From an uncultured bacterium (GTDB lineage: Bacteria; Acidobacteriota; Thermoanaerobaculia; Multivoradales; JAHZIX01), in assembly GCA_965368975.1 (NCBI GenBank), contig CBDUPA010000005.1, positions 64,001-128,000 of the forward strand: DNA of 64,000 nucleotides, read 5' to 3'. Numbering within the stretch: position 1 is the stretch's first letter; the number at the start of each line of letters is the position of its first letter. Below are positions 49,341-58,462 of this stretch, in pieces. Both the position numbers and the translations under genes were made by a program. The notes under the pieces are model-generated. The model saw nothing but the letters and a program-made list of their open reading frames with translations. It had not been told where the DNA came from and did not search any database.

Positions 49341-51788
49341 TCAGCGCTGCGTGTGGAAAATGCGACGGACGCGCAGGGAGATGCCGGTGAGCAGTTCGTT
49401 GGGGATGGTGCCGGCGAGTTCGGCTAGCTCTAGCAGGCACGGTTCGTCGTCGCCCGGACCGAACACGACGACGTCGTCGCCGGGTTTGACGCGATCGCCC
49501 AACTCTGTGACGTCGATCATCACGACATCCATGCACACGCGACCGACGACGTTGCAGCGTTGGTCGTGGACCAGCATCCAGCCCTTGTTCGACAGGGAGC
49601 GCAGGTAGCCATCGTTGTAGCCCAGGGCGACGACGGCGATGCGTCGTGGTTGCTCGCCGGTATTCCAGGCGCGGCCGTAGCCGACGTCGTGGCCTGGAGG
49701 CAGATCCTTGACGTGCACGATCTGCGTGACCAGCCGCAGCGCGGGTCTCTGCCCCATGGCGACGCGTTCCGGCACCCTGCTGTAGCCGGCGACCGCCAGG
49801 CCGGCACGCACCAGGTTGTAGTGGGCTTCCGGAAAGCGCGCGATGCCGGCGCTGTTGCAGGCATGCACCCAGCGCGGTCGACCGCCCAGATCCTCGACGA
49901 TCTTGCGGGCGGTGTCGAAGCAGTGGATCTGCTGGCGCGTGAAGTCGTCCTGGTCGGGCTCTTCGGCGACCGAGAAATGGGTCATCAGGCCCTCGAGCTG
50001 CAACCAGTCGTGTTGCACGATGGTCCGTGCCAGGTCGGCGACGTCTTCGAGGAAGGTGCCGGCGCGGCCAAGGCCGGTCTCGACCTTCAGGTGGACGCGC
50101 AGCACGTGCCGCTGTCGCCTCGCCTCGGCGGCCAGCCAAGTTGCCTGTTCGAGGCTACCGATGGCGGCGCTCAAGTCGTGGTGCACGAGCTTGTCGGCCT
50201 CCATCGGCACGGTGTTGAGCACCAGGATCGGCAGGCCGATGCCACGGTCGCGCAGCAGCGCGCCCTCGTCCGGGTAGGCGACGGCGAGGTGGGCGATGCC
50301 GGCCCGCTCGAGCACGCGCGACACGCGCACGGCGTCGAGGCCGTAGCCGAACGACTTGACCACCGCCATCACGCCGCAGTCCGGTCCCACGGCCTGCTGG
50401 ACGCGCTGCACGTTGCTGACCACCGCGTCGAGGTCGACGTAGACGCGGGCCGGCGACACCGATTCGAAGAAGATCGGGGCGATGCGTTCGAGCGCTTCCG
50501 GGCGACTGCCCTTGAGCAATACGCGATCACCGGGCCGGGTGTGTTCGTCGAGCACCATGGCGGCTTCGGTGACGTCTTCGACCTTGTGCACTCGCTGTGC
50601 ATCCATGCCGGCGTCGATCGCTGCCTGTGCGATCTCCGCGCCGCCCGCGCCGACGCCGATCAGTCGATCGACACCGTGCGCGACGACCATTCCACCGATG
50701 CGTTCGTGGGCGTCCGAGCCGGCCATGCCGAGCTGGGTCAGACCGGCCAAGACGGCGATGTTGTCGCCGTCGGCTCGTTCCTTGGCCAGGGCTTCCAGGG
50801 CCACCTCGACGCTGGTCGGATCGCCACTGTAGGCGTCGTTGATCAACATGACCCGGCGCGGCGTGATGCTCATCTCGAGACGCATCGGCGCAGGTCGCCA
50901 GCCGGTGAGTCCGGTGTGCATCAGCTCGGGCTTGGCACCCAGGCGCTTGGCCGCTTCGAGCGCCAGAGCAGCGGCTCGTCTCAGGTGCGGTTGCTGGAAC
51001 AGCTCGGATTCCGGCAGACCGTCTGTGGCTTCATCTGGATCGACGCCGTCGACGATATCGATGGCGTTGATACCCTGCTCCCGGAGCGCTGCGCGTGCCA
51101 GCTCTTCGGATTCGGGCACAAGAACCCAGTTCGGGGCGCTGACGCGCCGGAACAGTCCCGCCTTCTCTCGCGCGCACGCTTCCAGGTCTCCGAGTCCCTC
51201 CAGGTGCTCCGGGCCGACATGCACGAAGATGCCGCAGTCGGGGCGGACGATGCGCTCCAGCCGCTCCATCTCGCCCACCTCACTGATACCGCACTCGATC
51301 ACCGCGACGTCGGCCTGCGCCTCGAGCTTGACCAAGGACAGCGCGACACCGACTTGCGAGTTGTAGGACTGTGGACTGGGGAAGACGCGCCGGCTGTCGG
51401 CGAGTGCGGCGACCAGCATCTCCTTGACCGTCGTCTTGCCCATCGAGCCGGTGATTGCCACGACGGTGCCCTTGAACGCCTCGCGTGCCGCGATGGCCAG
51501 GGCATGCAGGGCTGCCAGTGGATCCTCGACGCGGATCCAAGCCTGGTCATCGGCCAGTGTCGGTGGCATGTGTGCCGGGCCGGCGATGACGATCGCAGCC
51601 CCGTCTCGCAGTGCACGGGCGGCGAACTTGCCGCCGTCGTGATTGGGTCCTACCAGTCCCAGGAAGACGTCCCCGTGGTTCACCTTGGCGCGCGAATCGG
51701 TCAACAGGCGCAGACCCGAGGCCTGCGGGTTGCCGAGAAGGTGTGCGTCGAGGATGTCGGCGAGTTGGTGCGCGGTGATCGGCCACAT
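49341..51788 (-). CDS. MurF-like ligase / alanine racemase fusion
   Basis: N-terminal AITGSMGKTTVKE, SYNSQVGV, LINDAY, LLKGSR; C-terminal AVVKSFGYG, HLKVETGLGR, MTHF, HACNSAG, VGYG, GRVCMD. Confidence 0.92.
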   Translation of the reverse strand: MWPITAHQLADILDAHLLGNPQASGLRLLTDSRAKVNHGDVFLGLVGPNHDGGKFAARALRDGAAIVIAGPAHMPPTLADDQAWIRVEDPLAALHALAIAAREAFKGTVVAITGSMGKTTVKEMLVAALADSRRVFPSPQSYNSQVGVALSLVKLEAQADVAVIECGISEVGEMERLERIVRPDCGIFVHVGPEHLEGLGDLEACAREKAGLFRRVSAPNWVLVPESEELARAALREQGINAIDIVDGVDPDEATDGLPESELFQQPHLRRAAALALEAAKRLGAKPELMHTGLTGWRPAPMRLEMSITPRRVMLINDAYSGDPTSVEVALEALAKERADGDNIAVLAGLTQLGMAGSDAHERIGGMVVAHGVDRLIGVGAGGAEIAQAAIDAGMDAQRVHKVEDVTEAAMVLDEHTRPGDRVLLKGSRPEALERIAPIFFESVSPARVYVDLDAVVSNVQRVQQAVGPDCGVMAVVKSFGYGLDAVRVSRVLERAGIAHLAVAYPDEGALLRDRGIGLPILVLNTVPMEADKLVHHDLSAAIGSLEQATWLAAEARRQRHVLRVHLKVETGLGRAGTFLEDVADLARTIVQHDWLQLEGLMTHFSVAEEPDQDDFTRQQIHCFDTARKIVEDLGGRPRWVHACNSAGIARFPEAHYNLVRAGLAVAGYSRVPERVAMGQRPALRLVTQIVHVKDLPPGHDVGYGRAWNTGEQPRRIAVVALGYNDGYLRSLSNKGWMLVHDQRCNVVGRVCMDVVMIDVTELGDRVKPGDDVVVFGPGDDEPCLLELAELAGTIPNELLTGISLRVRRIFHTQR

Positions 51789-51867
51789 GCGGTAAGTCTA
51801 CGACGACAGTCCACGCCGACACCAACGTCTCGATCGACTCGGGCCGCCGATCTGGGCCAACTGGGAT

Positions 51868-52695
51868 CTAGGCGAGCTGGCCCGCGGTGCGGATACCGCG
51901 CAGTGTGAAGGCTCGCTTGACGCGCTCGGTGACGTCCGTGCCGAAGGCGGTTTCGTAGCGACCGTCGAAGACGTACGCCTTGAGTGTCAGGCGAACGGCG
52001 AAGCGCAGGCCGGCCTCGGGTACGGGGCCTTCGCGTACCACCACCGTGATCGGCTTGCCGAGAAACACGTAGCGACTGGCAGCCGCGGCCTCGTGGACGA
52101 TCTGCTTGGCGATCTCGAAGTCTTCGTCGCAACCGATGTAGAAGTCGAAGACGCACATCTGGTTCAGTTCGCCGGCATTGGCACAGGCCACCACGCCGGT
52201 GAGGAACTGGTTGTTGGGGATCGAGATCAGGTTGTCGTCCAGGGTCACGAGTCGCACGGTGCGCAGGCCGATCTCGAGCACCTCGCCATAGTGGCCGGCG
52301 AACTCGACCCGGTCCCCGACCTGGAAGGGGCGGTCAAACAGCAGGATGAGGCCGGCCATCAGCGATGCCAACAAGTCCTTGAAGGCGAAGCCGAGGGCGA
52401 GCGTCAGCGTGCCGCCGATGGCCAGCAGGGCCTCGTCGGACAGGCGCAGCACGCTGGTGGCGAGGACCACCGTGGCGAGTAGCAGGATCAGGAAGCGGCT
52501 GACCGCGGCGATCTGCTTCAAGCGCAGCCGGCGGGCCGTGAAGCGCTCCCCGAGCGCGTCGAGATAGCGGCTGATCAGGCCGCTGACGATCCAGGCGGCG
52601 GCGAGGACCAGCGGGACCAGCCACAAGCGATCGAGCACCAGGAAGCGCAGCACGTTGTCGGAGCCCGCGTCGGCGAGGCTGAGCATCTCGTCCAT
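51868..52695 (-). CDS. Small-conductance mechanosensitive channel (MscS family)
   Basis: ALGFAFKD, DRPFQVGDRV, GEVLEIGLR, SIPN. Confidence 0.9.
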   Translation of the reverse strand: MDEMLSLADAGSDNVLRFLVLDRLWLVPLVLAAAWIVSGLISRYLDALGERFTARRLRLKQIAAVSRFLILLLATVVLATSVLRLSDEALLAIGGTLTLALGFAFKDLLASLMAGLILLFDRPFQVGDRVEFAGHYGEVLEIGLRTVRLVTLDDNLISIPNNQFLTGVVACANAGELNQMCVFDFYIGCDEDFEIAKQIVHEAAAASRYVFLGKPITVVVREGPVPEAGLRFAVRLTLKAYVFDGRYETAFGTDVTERVKRAFTLRGIRTAGQLA

Positions 52696-52700
52696 CGTGG

Positions 52701-55406
52701 TCAGCCCACCGTTCCGGGTAAGCGCAGTTCCAAGAAATGCTTGGAGTGCAACAGGCGCAAGATCGCTGGCCGCCAGGCGAGGTCGATACTGTAGTGCACG
52801 CCAGCGTCGTCTCCGTCGAGCAAGCCGCGTCCTTCGAGATGCCGACACACCGATCGCAGGCGTGCCGGCGGCATGTTCAACACCTGGCTGAGCTGCTCGG
52901 CGCCGAGGCCGTCGTGCACCACCAACGCTGACAGCACGAACAACTCGTCGGCTCGCAAGTTCTCGGTGTCCTCACGCGTCGGCGCTTCGAACAGGCCAAC
53001 CGCCGCGTCGCGGATGGGTTCCTGGGCGCTCTCGTCCACCGGCGTTTCCGTGGAGCTGTCTTCTGCTCGAGCTTCCTCGCTGTCCGCGAGCGTCTGGCGG
53101 GGTGCGGGCAGGGCATGACCATCGTGCAGGCCATCCAGCCAGTAGTGCAGCGCGACGTGCGGGTTGCCCATGCTGGCGTCGGCGAGCAGCCGCCAGAAGG
53201 CATCCGTGGTGCGGTGGAGGGCACGCTCGGAGTCGGCACCGATCAGGGCCGGTGCGACGAGTGGCTCGAAGCGCAGCCGGCAGCCGGCAACGCGGCACCG
53301 TCCCTCCAGCCAGTCGCGCAGCTGCTCGGCACGAAACTCTTGCAGTGGCAGCACGTGGCTGAAGACGCCCAGATTGACCAGCTCGGGCACGCCTTCGAGG
53401 TAGCTCCAGGTGGGCAGGTGGAAGGTGGTGAGCCAGAAGTGCTCCTCAGCCGTCACCTGCAGCACTTCCAGCACCCGTCGCAAGGCATCGAAGCCTCCGA
53501 CTGAGCGCAGCAGCAGCTTGTGCAGGTCGTCGACCAGAAAGACGTGCGTCGGCATCGCCTCGAGCTTCTCGCGGAGTTCTTGCTGCAGGTGCTGGACCTT
53601 CGCGTCATCCGCGTCGTGGTGGTTGCCGTTCGCCAAGGTAACGCAGCTCTGGGCGTGGGTCGTTTCGCGGGTCGTTTCGTGTGGCGTCTCGTGTGGTGTT
53701 GTCGCCGGTACGTCTGTCAGGGTTGTCGACAGCCAGCGCAGAGCTTCGAGCGGTGAGTGCAGGTGATGCTCCAGCCGCAAGCGCTGCAACTTGGGTGCGG
53801 CAGCGCCCTCGCTACGCAACAGCCGCAGCAGGTGCACCTCCGCTTGATCGAGGAACGTCGATTTGCCCATGCCGGTGTCACCGAGCACTACGGCCAGTCC
53901 GCTGCGCTGCGACCGGCGCCAGGCGACGTAAGCGTCTTCGACGACCTGTCGCTCTTGCAGCCGTGGTAGACGTACCGTTTCCGCGGCCAGCAGATCCTGG
54001 CGCAGCTTCGGCGGTAGCGGAGCTCGGCGCGCCAGCGTGTCTCGCAGCTGACGCCTCGCCAGCAGCGTGCGGAGCCAGGTCGACCAGGCATGGTTGCCGA
54101 ATATCTCGCCGACCAGGCGCGCCAGTGCCAGCAAGATCAGCAGCAGCGCCGCACAGCTGGCACGCAGCAGGCGCATCGGCGGGCCACCGTCGGTGCGGAT
54201 CAGCCAGCGGGTGACAGGGTTGGCTTCCAGCTGCAGTGCCACCGCGCCGCGCAGCCACGGCGCCCAGGCGCCCAGGAAGAGCAGCAGGAGCAGCAGGGTG
54301 CCTGCCACAAACACCTGCTGCCAGTAGCCGTGCAACCGCTCCAGGCCCAGGCTGAGCAGCAAGCGCGACACCACCAGCGTGCCGAGACCCCACAGCAGCA
54401 GCACGCGCACCGTCCGCTCCACCAGCAGGCGGCGCGCTCGCCCCATCAAGATCAGGCCTGGGCGCTCGGCGTCGGCAGAGGTCACGACCAGTCTCGCCAG
54501 GTGCATGCCGAGTCGGAAGATGCTGCTCAACAGCCAGAGCAGCGCCAGCAAGTGCAACAGCGGCCAGGGCGCCAGCACCCAGCGGTAGCTGGCGAAGGCG
54601 ACCAGCACGTCGATCAGCGTCCGCACCACCGCTGCCGACGGCTTGGCCAGGTCGCGTAGGTCGACCGCGACGCCGAAGTGGTCGAAGCGGGTCAGCTTGC
54701 CGGACTCGTGCAGGCGCTGGCGTCGTGCCTGCATGACCTTGAACCAGCGCATGAGTCGCGGCTGGGCCCAGCGCCGCGCGTAGAACCAGCCGAGCGCCAG
54801 CAGCAGCAGTTCGAGCGAGCCCAGCAGCACGACGAAGAATTCGTCGAGACTGAGCGTCACCCAGCGCTGCGGCTGCTCCACGCTCAGGCGGGCGAGTTCG
54901 CGTCCCCAGGCCGCTACCAGGTGCCGTGCCTCGCCGATCTCCTGCTCGATCAGCGTCAATTCTTCGTTCCAGCCCACTGTTGCCTCGGCAGCCGGCGCTG
55001 CATTCGCAACCTGCCGGTGCGCCTGCTTGGCTTCGATCAGCAGAAGGATCCAGCGGTCGCGCTCGGTCACGACTTCGGCCGCCTGGCTATGCTTGCGGAT
55101 CTCCCGTACGGTGCTGGCGAGTGCGTCGCGTGCCGCGATCAGAGCGTCGCGACGAGGTTCGGTGGGAAAGAACGGTCGCTCCAATGCCTTCTCCGCCGCC
55201 TTGCGCTGGACTTCGAGTTGTGCCCGCAGGCGAGCTTGCGATGTCGGGCCGGTATCCAGCGTTGCTAGAGCGTCCGTGTCGAGCGCTGCTGTTTCCAGCG
55301 TCGGGAACTCCGGGGTGGAGGCGCTCGAAGATTGAGCCCTGGTGTCCGGAACCAGGGACAGCAGGCACAGAGCCGCCAGAGCGAGCGAGAGGAATGGGCG
55401 CGACAT
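52701..55406 (-). CDS. Membrane protein with P-loop NTPase domain and C-terminal winged-helix-like region
   Basis: Signal peptide, helical region, several TM helices, GDTGMGKST Walker A, FLVDDLH Walker B. Confidence 0.8.
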   Translation of the reverse strand: MSRPFLSLALAALCLLSLVPDTRAQSSSASTPEFPTLETAALDTDALATLDTGPTSQARLRAQLEVQRKAAEKALERPFFPTEPRRDALIAARDALASTVREIRKHSQAAEVVTERDRWILLLIEAKQAHRQVANAAPAAEATVGWNEELTLIEQEIGEARHLVAAWGRELARLSVEQPQRWVTLSLDEFFVVLLGSLELLLLALGWFYARRWAQPRLMRWFKVMQARRQRLHESGKLTRFDHFGVAVDLRDLAKPSAAVVRTLIDVLVAFASYRWVLAPWPLLHLLALLWLLSSIFRLGMHLARLVVTSADAERPGLILMGRARRLLVERTVRVLLLWGLGTLVVSRLLLSLGLERLHGYWQQVFVAGTLLLLLLFLGAWAPWLRGAVALQLEANPVTRWLIRTDGGPPMRLLRASCAALLLILLALARLVGEIFGNHAWSTWLRTLLARRQLRDTLARRAPLPPKLRQDLLAAETVRLPRLQERQVVEDAYVAWRRSQRSGLAVVLGDTGMGKSTFLDQAEVHLLRLLRSEGAAAPKLQRLRLEHHLHSPLEALRWLSTTLTDVPATTPHETPHETTRETTHAQSCVTLANGNHHDADDAKVQHLQQELREKLEAMPTHVFLVDDLHKLLLRSVGGFDALRRVLEVLQVTAEEHFWLTTFHLPTWSYLEGVPELVNLGVFSHVLPLQEFRAEQLRDWLEGRCRVAGCRLRFEPLVAPALIGADSERALHRTTDAFWRLLADASMGNPHVALHYWLDGLHDGHALPAPRQTLADSEEARAEDSSTETPVDESAQEPIRDAAVGLFEAPTREDTENLRADELFVLSALVVHDGLGAEQLSQVLNMPPARLRSVCRHLEGRGLLDGDDAGVHYSIDLAWRPAILRLLHSKHFLELRLPGTVG

Positions 55407-55436
55407 GTGGCCGCAGGATATCAAGATTCACTCTTT

Positions 55437-55516
55437 ATCCCCGCGGCCACTGATCCCCGCGGCCACTGATCCCCGCGGCCACTGATCCTCGCAGCCACTG
55501 ATCCCCGTGGTCACGG
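55437..55516 (+). repeat. Tandem repeat, 5 x 16 bp (ATCCCCGCGGCCACTG)
   Basis: Three perfect and two degenerate contiguous units. Confidence 0.9.
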
Positions 55517-55552
55517 GCTCTGCCGGTGATCTCGACTGCCGTCGGCTACCAA

Positions 55553-55897
55553 CTAGTCGGACACGACCGGTTCTGCTTCACTTTGCCTGCCCGTGGCTGT
55601 GCGGAGCTGCTGCTCGAGCGACCACAGCGAGGAGAACCGGCCCGACCCCTCGTAGATCCGTACTTTGTGCCGCTGGCCGTTGACTGGTGGTAACTCCAAA
55701 ATCTCGATCGCCGCCGCCAGACCGGCGACGCCGGCACCCAGGATGTGGAATACCTGCGGCTCTTCCAGGGCTCGTCCGAGGTCCTTCAGCTTCTTGCGAC
55801 GTTCCGTGATCGGGGTCCAGTACTGCTGCCAATCATTCGATGCACTCCTTGGTGATCCTCCTTCACCGTGAAGAGTGCTGCGATGGTCCGGGATCTC
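55553..55897 (-). pseudogene. Remnant of an FAD-dependent oxidoreductase N-terminus (Rossmann motif), no start codon upstream of the motif
   Basis: Hand translation gives ...QVFHILGAGVAGLAAAIEILELPPVNGQRHKVRIYEGSGRF...; same frame as upstream ORF after its TGA. Confidence 0.65.
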
Positions 55898-57913
55898 TCA
55901 GTTCGAGTGCAGCACGATCGAAATCGGAGCCTCCAGCGAGTCTAGAAGTTGGGCAGCCGGCCGGTAACCTAGAGCTTCGACGCGGAGTCCGTAGCCCCTG
56001 TAGGTGCCAGCCGGGATCGGCGCGCTGGCGGCACCCGCTGAGTTGGACTGTAATGTCCGCTCCGTAGTCAGGCTCTCGAGCCCGGCCCCTTCCAGCCGGA
56101 TCGACACTGTGGCCCGAGGAATCGGATTACCTGCGGTATCCAGGACCTGCACGTGGAGCCAGGCTGTTTCCTGCAAAGGCAACCGGATCCCGGTCACTTC
56201 TGCTTCCTCGGCGAGGACCACGCGTACCTCTGCACTGATGCGGGGCTTCGAGGGGTCGCCAGCGGCGGCACGGAGTGCCCAGGTGCCAGCGGGCAGATTG
56301 CGCAGTTGGAAAGTACCGTCGTCGGCACTACTGCCGGTACCCGCCCCTTCGTCGACCGGATTGCCATCGGTGGAGGTGTTTTCGCCCGCCAATGAGTGGT
56401 GTCCCGGCGCCTCCAGCCGTCGTGCTATCACCGTCGCGCCGGCTACGGGGCGGGAATCCGTGTCGAGGACCACACCGCGAAGGCTGCCGTCAGGCAAGTG
56501 GAGTTCCAGTTCCCGATCCGGTGAACTCAACTTGAGGGTCTCGTCGAGCAGCAAGGGAGTCACCTGTTCTGTCGTGCGGAACCAGGCTCGATAGTCACCG
56601 GTTTCGGGTACGCCGATCACGAAGGCACCCTCTCTATTCGAGTAGGTCGACGGTAGCCGTTCTCCGTTCAGAATTTCCGGGTCGATTGGTTGTAGTTGCA
56701 AGAAAGCGCGCACGGGTTCGCCGCCGCGCAGTACACGTCCGTGGAACATGTGGCCGGCGGAGGGTAGCCAGTAGATCTCAGCGCTGTCAGGAGCCACCGA
56801 AACAGCATCCCGGGCGACGGTGAACACGGTTCCCTGGGGATGGTGGCACTGGACCGAGAATCGCCATTGTCCCGGTGCCAGAGCCAGAGGACCGACGGTG
56901 TCGTCCTGCTGGAAGCGCGCTTCCACAAGAGTTCGATTCAGCCATCCGCAGCCCGGGTCCAGGTGACCGACGAGGCGGAACTCACAGTCGGCGAGGTGTG
57001 CATCGGCACTCTCAAGACCGATGGAAATCTTGGCGGCCTGCGGCAAGATGATGTCTTCGAGCCGCACTTCCGTCTCTGGAGTCAACTCGAACGGACCGTA
57101 GAACACCGGCGCCAACTCTGGAGCTGCTGATCTGGCCCGTAGGCGCAAGATACCGGGAGGTAAGCCCGCCAGGCGTACCCATCCGTTAGCGTCGGTACGG
57201 CCCGGCCAGCCGACCTCGCGTTGGTCGGCACCGTAGGTTTGTTCCGCGACTTGGCGGAAGTCTTCTGCCGGAAAGACCTCCAGGATCGCCCCTGATATCG
57301 GCGCTCCGTCATCCCCAACTACCCGCGCCACCAGCGCTGCCCCTGTTTGCAGGTCGATCTTACCTAGGTTGAGCACGGTCTCTGAGGTGAGTTGCTGTTG
57401 CGGCCAGGTGACCGGTGTCGCGGGGCCGATCCTCAGTGTGACGTCCCAGCAGCCCAGCGGAACGGTAGCTGTCAGGCGCCGTCCGTTGATCAAAGCCGGT
57501 ACGACACCGAAACGAAATGTCTCACCGCAGCGGACGAGGTGAACCTTACCGGTAGCTAGTCCGATCGCTTCCGTCAGGCTGCCAGTGACTTCGGTAGCCG
57601 GTTCTAGCACGATCGGGAGAGGTCCCGCCGCTGGGCATCCCGGAATCGCCATAGGTCGACTGATGGCGCTGTCCGTCCGCAGGACGATCACCGAGTTCTG
57701 CAGGCAGCCTCGAGGTGATCCAATGAGCCCCGGAGTCTGTGTGTCTCGGAGCTGCAGTTTCTGCTGTGTAGCTTCTGTGATTTGCCAAGCCTCTACCTGC
57801 TCAGCTGTCAATGACTGCTGGAGTCTAAGCAGCAGATCTGGCGCATCCGATGGCTGTGCGGCCACAGGCAGTTGCAAGCTGCAGAGCAGAAAGAATGCCA
57901 GCCAGAAGCCCAT
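55898..57913 (-). CDS. Secreted protein with carboxypeptidase-regulatory-like (beta-sandwich) repeats
   Basis: Signal peptide; repeated GxVxDxxGxP(I/V)xGA, TDANG, F.L..LP.G.W motifs. Confidence 0.78.
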   Translation of the reverse strand: MGFWLAFFLLCSLQLPVAAQPSDAPDLLLRLQQSLTAEQVEAWQITEATQQKLQLRDTQTPGLIGSPRGCLQNSVIVLRTDSAISRPMAIPGCPAAGPLPIVLEPATEVTGSLTEAIGLATGKVHLVRCGETFRFGVVPALINGRRLTATVPLGCWDVTLRIGPATPVTWPQQQLTSETVLNLGKIDLQTGAALVARVVGDDGAPISGAILEVFPAEDFRQVAEQTYGADQREVGWPGRTDANGWVRLAGLPPGILRLRARSAAPELAPVFYGPFELTPETEVRLEDIILPQAAKISIGLESADAHLADCEFRLVGHLDPGCGWLNRTLVEARFQQDDTVGPLALAPGQWRFSVQCHHPQGTVFTVARDAVSVAPDSAEIYWLPSAGHMFHGRVLRGGEPVRAFLQLQPIDPEILNGERLPSTYSNREGAFVIGVPETGDYRAWFRTTEQVTPLLLDETLKLSSPDRELELHLPDGSLRGVVLDTDSRPVAGATVIARRLEAPGHHSLAGENTSTDGNPVDEGAGTGSSADDGTFQLRNLPAGTWALRAAAGDPSKPRISAEVRVVLAEEAEVTGIRLPLQETAWLHVQVLDTAGNPIPRATVSIRLEGAGLESLTTERTLQSNSAGAASAPIPAGTYRGYGLRVEALGYRPAAQLLDSLEAPISIVLHSN

Positions 57914-57915
57914 TG

Positions 57916-58368
57916 CTACGAATCCACCCTCTTGGTCGCTGTTCGCCTTGGCTCGTCGGAAGTTTCAGGTTCCGTGGGATCCGAAGCGACCAGTGAGTCC
58001 GGGACCGTACTCACGGGTTGAATCAGCGCTTTTGCACAACCACCACCGAAGTCACAGTAGGCGTTTCCATCCTGCCACTTTACCGAGCAATCGCTGCCTT
58101 CGCCTCTGCAAGAGCCACCATTCACAATGGTTAGGAAGAAACATGATGTCTTGCCGGAGCAACTGGCTAGCCTACCTTTTTGGTAGCAAGTCATGCAGGA
58201 GGTAGTGCTGCCGCTTCCGCCCGTTGTCGGATCCGAACTACAGAAAGGGTCGTCGATTCCAAGGCAGGTATCTACGCCTGGATCGTCTTGGTATTGTGCT
58301 TCTGCCACACTGGGCAGTACAAGGAGAGCTAGGGCTGTAAGGATGAGCTGAAGAGTGCGTCGTTGCAT
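57916..58368 (-). CDS. Secreted Cys-rich small protein (10 Cys)
   Basis: Signal peptide ending AEA; 10 Cys in about 80 aa; abuts downstream gene. Confidence 0.75.
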   Translation of the reverse strand: MQRRTLQLILTALALLVLPSVAEAQYQDDPGVDTCLGIDDPFCSSDPTTGGSGSTTSCMTCYQKGRLASCSGKTSCFFLTIVNGGSCRGEGSDCSVKWQDGNAYCDFGGGCAKALIQPVSTVPDSLVASDPTEPETSDEPRRTATKRVDS

Positions 58369-58462
58369 AATTGCGGATTCTCCCTGATAGAGCATGGCGG
58401 ATAAGTTGAATTAGGGTAGTCCTCGCAATATCAGTAAGTCAAGCGTGGATATCGTCTCCTCT

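Noticed and set aside
49560-51908. 782-aa plus-strand ORF and other long alternative-frame ORFs (2787..4676, 16768..18348)
   Set aside because: Shadow ORFs typical of high-GC coding DNA; they overlap well-supported genes and show no motifs.
55431-55516. Possible CRISPR array (TTTATCCCCGC resembles a type I-E repeat end)
   Set aside because: Units are 16 bp and contiguous with no spacers; no cas genes in the window.
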